Below, in pieces: positions 18,328-26,148 of a stretch of 49,366 nt of DNA. The first letter of the stretch is position 1, and every line of letters starts with the position of its first letter. The translations under genes and the position numbers were made by a program. Where the stretch lies: assembly GCA_964468795.1 (NCBI GenBank), contig CAYXWL010000001.1, forward strand, positions 96,221-145,586, written 5' to 3'. The stretch comes from an uncultured Candidatus Saccharibacteria bacterium. Its GTDB lineage: Bacteria > Patescibacteriota > Minisyncoccia > Phycocordibacterales > DATDWN01. Under the pieces are notes generated by a model, which saw only the letters and a list, made by a program, of their open reading frames with translations, did not search any database and was not told the DNA's origin.

Positions 18328-18408
18328 TAGAAATGCGGCCCTCCTACAACCCGCAATACCGTTCCCACCCCCAAAGAGCCACCCTAAAAAAGTGGCTCTT
18401 TTCTATTT
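18328..18408 (+). ncRNA. candidate C-rich small RNA (about 80 nt)
   Basis: Hairpin tgcgg-CCCTCCTACAAC-ccgca, single-stranded TTCCCACCCCC, then terminator aagagccac-cctaaaaaa-gtggctctt-ttctattt. The T-tract is on the plus strand only. Confidence 0.4.
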
Positions 18409-18798
18409 ATTTAAATAAGTAATTGAGAGCTGTAATACAGTAGCAAAAGTGACCCAGCCAAGGTATGGAATATTTACAAAACTTACCCACCTTGCATGAG
18501 GATATATAGAGTATAGTGCCCAAACAAGAGTAACGAGAACAAGCAAGATATCTGCAGCAGCTAAATAATTATTTTTTAAGCCGAATTGAATCGGAGTAAA
18601 GGCAAAATTGAATGCAAGATTTAGAATAAAAGGAAGCAACACTGCAAACGGAATTTTCTTATTTATATACAAATAGCCGACATACCCGAACGAAACAAAT
18701 ATAATACTGTACAAAAAAGTCCAGACGGGACCAAATAGATAACTTGGCGGAGCCCATGAAGGCTTTATCAAAGTTTTATACCATTCAGATTCTCTCAT
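18403..18798 (-). CDS. tspO: TspO/MBR family tryptophan-rich sensory protein
   Basis: WYKTLIKPSWAPPSYLFGPVWTFLY signature and 5 TM segments. Start moved to MRESEWY because TATAAT (reverse complement of 18806-18811) lies 7 nt upstream, so it looks leaderless. Confidence 0.85.
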   Translation of the reverse strand: MRESEWYKTLIKPSWAPPSYLFGPVWTFLYSIIFVSFGYVGYLYINKKIPFAVLLPFILNLAFNFAFTPIQFGLKNNYLAAADILLVLVTLVWALYSIYPHARWVSFVNIPYLGWVTFATVLQLSITYLNK

Positions 18799-18824
18799 GC
18801 CACCCATTATACCATACGAGAATG

Positions 18825-18847
18825 CCGGACCTCTAGCGAGATCCGGC
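18825..18847 (-). terminator. hairpin after GC-rich membrane-protein gene
   Basis: gccgga-N11-tccggc, directly downstream of the 18854 stop and upstream of the tspO -10 element. Confidence 0.35.
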
Positions 18848-18853
18848 ATCTAT

Positions 18854-19639
18854 TCACCACCCAAAGAGCTCTCCAAAGTAATCGCTCACTCTACTCCTCC
18901 AAACAGAGAAGCATCGCTTGGCAACTGTAACTGTCAGCATTGTGACAAAAGAGACAGTCGCCCACATGAGCCACCCGTAGACGTACTCCATCTTGTTTTT
19001 CGAAGTGGTCATGAGGAGCATCAGCCCCACAAAGCCCAAAACTCCGACAAAAAGCGAAACGAACACCGAAGTCATGCCTGCGATCAGCAAAACGATAGTG
19101 TTGTGCTTGAGGCGACTTGCAAAATTTTCTGACCAGCTTTCCGCTCTCTTCGAGAGAAGAAAGCCAGGAGCTATTCCAAGGATGGCCACCAAAAGTCCAA
19201 ATGCCATAAAGCCCCGTGCCACATTTACCGCAATGCCTTGAATTGGAAACTTCTCTGGCATGTAAATGTCGGCCTGTGAAAAATCGCCAATCCACCCTTC
19301 CTCATGTTTTTGGATCGAAATGTCCCACAAACGAATACCGAACCCAGAGAGATACACCATGGAAATGGTGATGCAAAGAACCATCACGCTGTTCTCCGGC
19401 ACACCGCCAAAAAGATCGGTACGAAATGCGAGAATGACTGAAGACGCCATGGAAATCATGAACAGGACAAAGCCTGTCGAAGCCAGGATCTTCAGAGCGA
19501 TACGATTTTTATGGGCAGACACGATATGGCTGGCGAGCTTGTTTACCCATGTCCGATCATCTCCGGACAAGCTCAATATCGACATGAACATAATGAACAC
19601 CCACATGACCTGAGTAACGAAAACTGAATCAAAATTCAT
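18854..19639 (-). CDS. GC-rich hypothetical polytopic membrane protein (unit B1)
   Basis: About 6 hydrophobic helices. GGAGG lies 8 nt before the ATG. About 50% GC. No family recognised. Confidence 0.6.
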   Translation of the reverse strand: MNFDSVFVTQVMWVFIMFMSILSLSGDDRTWVNKLASHIVSAHKNRIALKILASTGFVLFMISMASSVILAFRTDLFGGVPENSVMVLCITISMVYLSGFGIRLWDISIQKHEEGWIGDFSQADIYMPEKFPIQGIAVNVARGFMAFGLLVAILGIAPGFLLSKRAESWSENFASRLKHNTIVLLIAGMTSVFVSLFVGVLGFVGLMLLMTTSKNKMEYVYGWLMWATVSFVTMLTVTVAKRCFSVWRSRVSDYFGELFGW

Positions 19640-19706
19640 GCTCTTACCCTCCTTTAAAAAGCATACTTATCTTCTTGTCAGTGGTCAAACCAAAATTTTG
19701 TCGAAA

Positions 19707-19734
19707 GCCCCCTAGCAGACATCTGCTAGGGGGC
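19707..19734 (-). terminator. intrinsic terminator after unit P1
   Basis: gccccctagcag-acat-ctgctagggggc: 12-bp perfect stem. Confidence 0.6.
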
Positions 19735-19749
19735 TTACCAAAAAAACAT

Positions 19750-20142
19750 CTAGAGCCGATTGAACACGGGATCTTCAAGGTCTGGAGCCGAACCATCATC
19801 ACTTGCACCGAAAGGTCTTGCAGAGTTAGCCTCTGGCTTCTCTGACTTCGCTACGCTTATCTCCCAAAAATAGAAATTCCGTGGGAGCGGATATCCGCTA
19901 AAGACAACCTGAACAAAGCGATGATCTTGACTTTCAGGCACTCTCAGCTTTGAAATTACTCCTTCTGTGAAGGGTGGAATGCCTGACTGAAAGCACATGT
20001 CGCTAGTTTTCACTTTCTGACCAAGCTCGAAAGTGAGGATTTTCTCTTCGCCCAAAATCTGAACAATGACCTTAATCTCGTCAATCTGGACCTGGCCATT
20101 GCTTTTGACCGAAAAACTGCAGGTGCCGACTCGAAGTGACAT
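19750..20142 (-). CDS. GC-rich hypothetical small protein with acidic C-terminal tail (unit P1; paralog of 21254-21637)
   Basis: GGAGGG SD. TEGVISKLRVPESQDHRFVQVVFSGYP aligns with SEGIIVGLRDPTLSPRHYKFLEVFFLGAP of P2. Confidence 0.6.
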   Translation of the reverse strand: MSLRVGTCSFSVKSNGQVQIDEIKVIVQILGEEKILTFELGQKVKTSDMCFQSGIPPFTEGVISKLRVPESQDHRFVQVVFSGYPLPRNFYFWEISVAKSEKPEANSARPFGASDDGSAPDLEDPVFNRL

Positions 20143-20187
20143 ACTCCCTCCGCTAATATTTATATACCTTTAAAAACCATTTTTCAA

Positions 20188-21195
20188 TCAGTTTATTTCG
20201 AATTTACAGCCATCATGATCCAAGTTTCTTAGAAATTTATTGCAGAACTCTTCCCTCTCCTGGCCTGTCATAAAATCTGGAGCAAATATTTTAATATTAA
20301 ACGGATATATCTCCACAGAAATTTTATTTTTTTCAAAAACAACTCCCGCTCCCAAGCCTTTTGTCGTATCTCCAAAGTTCTGATCGAAAACAAAATTTCC
20401 CAATGAATAAAATATCGGCTTGCCTTTGTATATTTTTACAGGCTCGATAACATGAGGGTGGTGTCCGAATATCGCATCTGCTCCGCTATCTATTAGGGCC
20501 TGAGCAATGGCTGTCTGGCTATCATTTTCTGTGAGCATGTATTCGGTGCCCCAATGTATGTTTACAATGACAAAATCATTTTTTGATTTAAGTTCTTTTA
20601 TCGTTTGGTAATATCCAGATACCGGAATAGGAGCAACAGTTTCATCAATTCCTATGAAAGCAACTTTCTTGCCATTTATATTTTTTTCAACATAGCTTTT
20701 TTCCTGCGGTCTTTGGCCAATATAATCGATACCAGCCTTTGAAAGTTCTGATATGGTGCTTTCATAACCCTTAGCATAACAGTCATAAGAATGGTTATTG
20801 GCAATATTTACCATTGTAATGCCTGCCTCTCTTATCCTATTTGTAGTATCTGAAGCAAACTGAAAATTATATGCTTTGGTTTGGCACAAGGACCTATCCA
20901 TCGTAACTATCGGGCCCTCCAGATTTGCAACGACTACATCATAATCATGAAAAAATGAATTTGATTTTTTTATGTGTTCAAACGGATCTCTGTTGCGATT
21001 TTCAATTATATTTCTCACTCCACGATCAAACATAATGTCGCCGAAATTTAGTACAGAAAAATCCTCCTTACCGAATATTTTATCCAGCTTTTGTGACAAA
21101 GGGATATTTTGATCTCCCTCTTCTGTTTTTTTTGTATAGAATAAAACAGGAATGAGAAACACTACTATTAACGCCACAGCATACTTTCTTTTCAT
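20188..21195 (-). CDS. capA: CapA/PgsA-family metallophosphatase-fold protein (PGA_cap domain) with signal anchor
   Basis: FGDIMFDRGVR, ANLEGP, ANNHSYD, GHHPHV, LGNFVFDQ motifs. Start at MKRKYAV because TATAAT (reverse complement of 21202-21207) lies 6 nt upstream. AT-rich. Confidence 0.8.
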   Translation of the reverse strand: MKRKYAVALIVVFLIPVLFYTKKTEEGDQNIPLSQKLDKIFGKEDFSVLNFGDIMFDRGVRNIIENRNRDPFEHIKKSNSFFHDYDVVVANLEGPIVTMDRSLCQTKAYNFQFASDTTNRIREAGITMVNIANNHSYDCYAKGYESTISELSKAGIDYIGQRPQEKSYVEKNINGKKVAFIGIDETVAPIPVSGYYQTIKELKSKNDFVIVNIHWGTEYMLTENDSQTAIAQALIDSGADAIFGHHPHVIEPVKIYKGKPIFYSLGNFVFDQNFGDTTKGLGAGVVFEKNKISVEIYPFNIKIFAPDFMTGQEREEFCNKFLRNLDHDGCKFEIN

Positions 21196-21220
21196 GTCAC
21201 TATTATACTCCAAATAGAAA

Positions 21221-21249
21221 ACAGCTCCGCACACCTAGTGCGGAGCTGT
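21221..21249 (-). terminator. intrinsic terminator after unit P2
   Basis: acagctccgcac-accta-gtgcggagctgt: 12-bp perfect stem. The ORF-track N-terminal extension of capA is a translation of this hairpin. Confidence 0.6.
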
Positions 21250-21253
21250 GCTC

Positions 21254-21637
21254 CTAGTGAACTATTGGCGAGGGCCATTCTTCATCCGAATCTACTTCAT
21301 CATCTTTATCGCCAGAAATGTTCGTTTCGTAAGAACTACCTATCACCTCCTCGATACCGATCCAAACGGTAAACGGAGCGCCTAGGAAAAAGACCTCGAG
21401 AAACTTGTAATGGCGAGGTGAAAGTGTCGGATCCCGAAGACCGACAATTATACCTTCACTGCCGCAAGTTATCACAAAACCTTTTACGCGAAGGTTTTTG
21501 CTAGCCACTACAATCTCGTCTTTATAGTATACCCAAGGTTCAGGTCGACCATCAGGATTAAAAGTCACCCCGACCACCTCACGCTCTCGACCCACACCCA
21601 TAGCGTCGATGGACCAGGTTATAGCAGAGTGATCCAT
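21254..21637 (-). CDS. GC-rich hypothetical small protein with acidic C-terminal tail (unit P2; paralog of 19750-20142)
   Basis: GGAGG SD and tail DKDDEVDSDEEWP. See the P1 alignment. Confidence 0.6.
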   Translation of the reverse strand: MDHSAITWSIDAMGVGREREVVGVTFNPDGRPEPWVYYKDEIVVASKNLRVKGFVITCGSEGIIVGLRDPTLSPRHYKFLEVFFLGAPFTVWIGIEEVIGSSYETNISGDKDDEVDSDEEWPSPIVH

Positions 21638-21694
21638 AAAGGGCTCCTCCTGCCTATATTAAATCTTTTTTAAAAATATATTGCAAACACAAAA

Positions 21695-21722
21695 GGGCCG
21701 TCTGCGCGAGTGCAGACGGCCC
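21695..21722 (-). terminator. intrinsic terminator after the M50-like gene
   Basis: gggccgtctgc-gcgagt-gcagacggccc: 11-bp stem, followed on the minus strand by TTGCAA-17-TTTAAT, a candidate P2 promoter. Confidence 0.6.
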
Positions 21723-21731
21723 TGTGATTCA

Positions 21732-22478
21732 TCAGCTTGCGTGTGGATAGGCTTCTCTCCTCGAACGAATTTCGTTCTCTTTCGGATTCAAAGCTATCAC
21801 TGACAAGAGCAGTTCCCAGCCGTCAAAAAACGGAATGGGCAAAAGGTTCATTGCAAAAAGTCCAAGCGATGAATACATCACGACGTTCAGGAAGTCCGGA
21901 ACCATCCTAATGCGCATCGCCATCCATTTTGCTATGTACGGAATGTCCATCATGACGACTGACTGGAAGAAGTTTCCTCTCAGCGAGTCATCGAGAACAA
22001 AGAGACCTGCTGCAAACCACAGGATTGGGCTTATGAAACCCAAAACAAGTCGCAATCTGAAGCAGACGATGAGAGCAACGAGGATGGACACCGTGGCATA
22101 GCCAGCAAACGAGTAAGCCCTTTGAGGAGCCATCGTAGCTGCCATGCCAAAGAGCCATGCGATCTGGCTTACAGAGAGGCTCGCCCACATTCCGCTCGAG
22201 TAGACAGAGGCTTCATCAATGTAGCCCATGCCTGGCACAGAGAGTAGATCTACTTTGCGTACATCGAGGGAAACCCAGATTGGAAAAAGGCAGAAACGGA
22301 TTTCTGTCCTCCCGAAAAACGGAGGGAAAGAAAGCGAAATGCCAGGACCGATTCCCACCCGTATTGCATCCACCAGAACTCCACATGAAAGCAATGCTCT
22401 GGCTTTTGCCACTTGGTAGACCAATGCGGAAAAAATCACTCCGCACAAGATCATTAGGACTTTCAAGACAAAGATCAT
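21732..22478 (-). CDS. M50/site-2-protease (RseP-like) homolog lacking the HExxH zinc site
   Basis: NLLPIPFFDGWELL matches the M50 NxxPxxxLDG motif. Where HExxH is expected (before ...CGV-V....IG-G) the sequence is YQVAK. Start at MIFVLKV with GGAGGGG SD. Confidence 0.6.
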   Translation of the reverse strand: MIFVLKVLMILCGVIFSALVYQVAKARALLSCGVLVDAIRVGIGPGISLSFPPFFGRTEIRFCLFPIWVSLDVRKVDLLSVPGMGYIDEASVYSSGMWASLSVSQIAWLFGMAATMAPQRAYSFAGYATVSILVALIVCFRLRLVLGFISPILWFAAGLFVLDDSLRGNFFQSVVMMDIPYIAKWMAMRIRMVPDFLNVVMYSSLGLFAMNLLPIPFFDGWELLLSVIALNPKENEIRSRREAYPHAS

Positions 22479-22533
22479 AACCCCTCCAAACTGAAAGGAC
22501 AATTCTCCTAACAAAATAAAATATATTCTTGTA

Positions 22534-24198
22534 TTAGTCAAGAAACAGCCTCGCCAGCCGAATTTTAAGGTAAGTTGGCTTCTTTTTTTTCTTTGCTAGG
22601 AGATTGTAAACTGGAGAAAGGGTCGTTGTTCCACACTCAGCAAATGCCTTGAGTATGTCTTCAAATTCGCTTCTCTTTAATTCGCGCTTAAGATATGAAA
22701 TGTCCGGACATCTTCCCTCAAGGACCAGGTCCTCGATATGGGAAATTATGGTTTCTTCTTTCACCCCTCTTTCTTTTGCAATCTTTGACAGAGGCATTTC
22801 CTGCTCGAGCATTTCGGTAGTTATTTCGTGAGTAGATTTCTTTAGCTCTTTCTCTTTCTTTTTTATCTTTACTTTTTCCTCCGGCTCTATAGATTTTATC
22901 CACTCTTTTTGAATATCAGCCAATTCATGTTTGGAAAGATTTTTCAAATCCATTACCGCATCCTCTGACTGTTCTCTGAATTTCTCATCCATTTCCAAAA
23001 CTTCATTATCAACCAATAGTGACATGTCATTGAACCCAAGAAGCTTGATACCATCAAGACTCCTGACTCTCGAAAGGGCAACGTAGCCCATGCCTCTTAC
23101 GAAAGATTTTGAGAGATCTACTTCCATGGCATCGAGAGACATGCCTTGGCTTTTGTGAACGGTAATAGCCCACGCCAATCGGAGCGGGATTTGGGATATT
23201 TCGGCCTTGACCTTGCCTTCCTCCTCTACTTTCCAAGACTGAGAAGAAACTGTTACCTCCATACCGCTGTTTGTTAGAACCACAGGATCTCCGAAAGAAT
23301 TGAAATCTTTTATAACTCCGAGAGTTCCGTTTACATAAAGTCCATCGGCATGATTTTTTGTAAACATCACTCTAGCTCCGACTTTTAACAGCAAAGCCTC
23401 TGGTGAAAGACAACTTTTTTTTAGAGTCTCTACTAGCCCTTGAGAGCCTTTGCTTGTCATGCTGAAAAGCTTTGATTTTCCTTCGATTAGATCAAGATGT
23501 CTGTTATTTACAGTATCGACATCTATGTTATGTGTGTACAGCCTTGTGTATTCAGAACCAGCTTCAGGATCTTTCCCGAATCGGGACTTTAGCATTTCGA
23601 TAGTATTTTTTGTCACTCGATTCTCCCTTATTTCATTTAGTATGGCCAGATACGCATTGTCCTTTTGCCGATGCTGTTCTGTAAGGTAGCATATTGTAAA
23701 TTTTGAAGCTGGCCAGCTGTCAGCTTTGTAGGCAAATTCTGATTCAACAACTTCTCCACGAGTTACCGGTGGAAGCTGAAAAAAATCTCCACATAAAATA
23801 ATCTGCATGCCTCCAAACGGCTTTTCGCTTCGCTTCATCTGCCTGCAAATCCACTCGATAAGATCCAACCTGAAATGATGAAGCATTGAGATTTCATCTA
23901 TTATCAAAACTTTAGTCCTGTCGAAGCGTTTGTACAAATATTGTCGCTCCATTAGATCCTCAATGTCATAGTCAGTGAGGATGTCGCGCACGCCAAGTCC
24001 AGACCATGCATGTATTGTCATTCCTCCAATATGAGTTGCAGCAATTCCTGTCGAGGCGGTAACTGCAACATCTACTCCGTGCGATTTTAAATACGAAACA
24101 TACGCATTAAGAACATGTGTCTTTCCGCTTCCTGCTGGGCCTGTTAAAAAAACATTGCGACCCATTTTTAAAATATCCAATGCTTCTGCCTGCAACAT
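22534..24198 (-). CDS. PIF1/RecD-like superfamily-1 helicase with C-terminal HTH-like domain
   Basis: GPAGSGKTH, VLIIDEISML, ILCGDFFQLPPV, TVHKSQGMSLD, GYVALSRV motifs. Confidence 0.85.
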   Translation of the reverse strand: MLQAEALDILKMGRNVFLTGPAGSGKTHVLNAYVSYLKSHGVDVAVTASTGIAATHIGGMTIHAWSGLGVRDILTDYDIEDLMERQYLYKRFDRTKVLIIDEISMLHHFRLDLIEWICRQMKRSEKPFGGMQIILCGDFFQLPPVTRGEVVESEFAYKADSWPASKFTICYLTEQHRQKDNAYLAILNEIRENRVTKNTIEMLKSRFGKDPEAGSEYTRLYTHNIDVDTVNNRHLDLIEGKSKLFSMTSKGSQGLVETLKKSCLSPEALLLKVGARVMFTKNHADGLYVNGTLGVIKDFNSFGDPVVLTNSGMEVTVSSQSWKVEEEGKVKAEISQIPLRLAWAITVHKSQGMSLDAMEVDLSKSFVRGMGYVALSRVRSLDGIKLLGFNDMSLLVDNEVLEMDEKFREQSEDAVMDLKNLSKHELADIQKEWIKSIEPEEKVKIKKKEKELKKSTHEITTEMLEQEMPLSKIAKERGVKEETIISHIEDLVLEGRCPDISYLKRELKRSEFEDILKAFAECGTTTLSPVYNLLAKKKKKPTYLKIRLARLFLD

Positions 24199-24263
24199 GT
24201 ATTTTATTCTACCAGCAATACCTAGATGAAAACAGCTTCATTTTTAAATTACGGCTAACTTAC

Positions 24264-24292
24264 TTGACAAAATGCTGAAAATTCAATAAATT
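24264..24292 (+). promoter_or_regulatory. sigma70-type promoter for unit E (TTGACA-17-TAAATT)
   Basis: TTGACAaaatgctgaaaattcaaTAAATT, 22 nt upstream of the ATG, which has a GGAGG SD. Confidence 0.45.
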
Positions 24293-24314
24293 TGTCTACT
24301 GGAGGCGTTAGCGA

Positions 24315-24680
24315 ATGAACATCTCAAAAGAAAGGCTTGCAGAGCTGAGCCATATGAACGAGCACGACCTGCTCCATGAGGCTCACACGCAAGGGCTCGA
24401 GTTTACCCAGTGTCTGGTGAAGGAAGTTACTCGGCAATTCACAGAAGTGGATTTGTCAGGCATCGACTTCAGCAAGTGCACAACAATCGATTCGGCAATC
24501 ATGATCGTGCCGAAGGAATTCAAGCTCAGGGAAAACTTCCTGCGCCGTTGTGTCATCGCCTGGGAATCAAACGAAAATGCCCAGGCGCAGGGAGCAGAAA
24601 GCCGCTTCAAGACACCGGAACACATTCGTTCCGGATCAGCAGTCGGGATTGCCATCCTGACACAGATTCTTTCCGCCTAG
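24315..24680 (+). CDS. GC-rich hypothetical protein (unit E), hydrophobic C-terminal tail
   Basis: GGAGG lies 9 nt before the ATG. C-terminus is SGSAVGIAILTQILSA. No family recognised. Confidence 0.55.
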   Translation: MNISKERLAELSHMNEHDLLHEAHTQGLEFTQCLVKEVTRQFTEVDLSGIDFSKCTTIDSAIMIVPKEFKLRENFLRRCVIAWESNENAQAQGAESRFKTPEHIRSGSAVGIAILTQILSA

Positions 24681-24687
24681 TACCAAG

Positions 24688-24747
24688 ACCGCACGTTCCG
24701 TTGAGACGAGTCCGTCGACTCTCTCTTCGGGTCGTGCGGTGTTTTTT
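24688..24747 (+). terminator. compound hairpin terminator after unit E
   Basis: Outer stem accgcacg/cgtgcggt, inner stem gagtc-cgtc-gactc, then GTTTTTT. Confidence 0.55.
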
Positions 24748-24760
24748 ATATAAATCTATG

Positions 24761-24929
24761 TAACAAAAAGTAACTCATAGTTTTTTAGAACATCCGGAGG
24801 GCTTGAGCATGGTTTTGTCAACGTCCCGAGCAAAGCGAGGGTTCATTGAGAAATCAAGCCCGAGGACCGAGAAAAATTTCCCGCTGGGAAATTTTTCGTT
24901 TCTAAAAAACTATGAGTTACTTTTTGTTA
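24761..24929. repeat. structured inverted-repeat element R2 with 30-bp perfect terminal inverted repeats
   Basis: 24761-24790 is the exact reverse complement of 24900-24929. Inner helices are gggcttga/tcaagccc and gaaaaatttccc-gct-gggaaatttttc. The right arm contains the last 3 codons and the stop of trmD. Confidence 0.75.
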
Positions 24930-25624
24930 ATACTTTTTCTCTTCCACTCCTCAATCTCCTTATGATTCCCTGAAAGTAAAACTTTTGGAACTTTATATTT
25001 CTTTCCTTTGTATTCAAAAACCTCAGGCCGTGTATACACATCATGACTTGAGACTCGAGACTCCTCGAGAGAATTAAAATTACCCAAAACACCTTCTACT
25101 TGCCTTGAAACAGAATCAAGCACTATCATTGCCGGCAATTCTCCGCCAGTTAGAACAAAAGGCCCTACTGAGAGATCTTGCATCTTAAAAGCTTTTTTTA
25201 CTCGAGCATCAATACCTTCATACCTTCCGCATACAAAAATAATATCAGTAAATTTTTTTGCACTTTTCTTTGCATACTCTGTATCAAACTGCTTTCCTCC
25301 AGGAGAAAAAAACACAATTGAAGTTCGAGATTTGAGGCTTGAGGCTTGAGATTTGTTTTTCCGCTTTTCATTTCTCTTATCTCTCTTCTCAATACTCTTG
25401 AGTGCAGCTTCGATTGCTTTTATGACTGGAAGAGCCTGTATAACCATGCCTGGTCCGCCAGCATACGGCTTTTGATCAACCCTTTTCCATTTGTCTCCAG
25501 AATAGTCCCGAGGATTATAAAAGGTCACTTTTATTTTCTTATCCTCAATCGCACGCTTAATAATCGACTCTGAGAGATATGAGTCGAAAGCGCCAGGAAA
25601 CAATGTAACGATATGAAACTTCAT
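24917..25624 (-). CDS. trmD: tRNA (guanine37-N1)-methyltransferase TrmD with a K/R-rich internal insertion
   Basis: MKFHIVTLFPGAF, GGPGMV, CGRYEGIDARV, LTGGELPAM motifs. Start at MKFHIV with TATAGT 7 nt upstream. Confidence 0.9.
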   Translation of the reverse strand: MKFHIVTLFPGAFDSYLSESIIKRAIEDKKIKVTFYNPRDYSGDKWKRVDQKPYAGGPGMVIQALPVIKAIEAALKSIEKRDKRNEKRKNKSQASSLKSRTSIVFFSPGGKQFDTEYAKKSAKKFTDIIFVCGRYEGIDARVKKAFKMQDLSVGPFVLTGGELPAMIVLDSVSRQVEGVLGNFNSLEESRVSSHDVYTRPEVFEYKGKKYKVPKVLLSGNHKEIEEWKRKSINKK

Positions 25625-25663
25625 TATTTTCACTATAACACATTTTTTATATTTTGTATACAT

Positions 25664-25688
25664 GAAAGGGAGGCCTTGCCTCCCTTTC
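25664..25688 (-). terminator. intrinsic terminator after unit F
   Basis: gaaagggaggc-ctt-gcctccctttc: 11-bp stem. Confidence 0.55.
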
Positions 25689-25693
25689 CCCTT

Positions 25694-26074
25694 CTAGTCA
25701 GCTGAGCGACTCATGTAGTTGTACTTCTTGTCGAGAATCTTTTTCATCCTCGGCTCTGCGCTGCAGAGAGCAACCGAGTCTTCAAAAGACAGACCCTCAA
25801 AAACTGGGTTCTGCTTTTTCGGTTGTTCAAGCGGATTGCCGAAAGGAATCCTCTCAAGTGGCATGCCTTGCGGAATGCCATAGAGACTCATTGTGCTCGC
25901 CTCAAGCTTTTTCTCTGCCTCGAGGCAGTATTCGTGAAGCTCTTCGGCTGTACTTGAAAGAATAACCCTGTCCCAAACGATCTCCCTCGAGATCTCCCTC
26001 GAGATCTCCTTGGGTGACGGAGTGAACATAAGGAGCGTGGCAAGAATTACCGTTCTAAGCGAGAAATTTATCAA
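25694..26074 (-). CDS. GC-rich hypothetical secreted protein (unit F)
   Basis: TTG start with GGAGGG SD. Signal-like VILATLLMFTPSP. EISREISREI is encoded by a 12-bp tandem repeat. Confidence 0.5.
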   Translation of the reverse strand: MINFSLRTVILATLLMFTPSPKEISREISREIVWDRVILSSTAEELHEYCLEAEKKLEASTMSLYGIPQGMPLERIPFGNPLEQPKKQNPVFEGLSFEDSVALCSAEPRMKKILDKKYNYMSRSAD

Positions 26075-26148
26075 ACCGCCCTCCTCTTCTTTTTATACTA
26101 TACATTTTTTCCACCAAAAATAAAACTCCCTTTTGGGGAGTTTTATTT

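Noticed and set aside
21196-21234. N-terminal extensions in the ORF track: capA 21196-21234, gyrB 45582-45632, rnhB 37536-37655, tspO 18799-18849, rpsP 26899-26934, trmD 25625-25663, M50-like 22479-22541, unit I 41207-41251, ATPase 43356-43382
   Set aside because: The extensions translate terminator hairpins or promoter DNA and precede the conserved N-termini of the families. Internal ATGs have either a -10 element (core genes) or an SD (GC-rich genes) at the proper distance.
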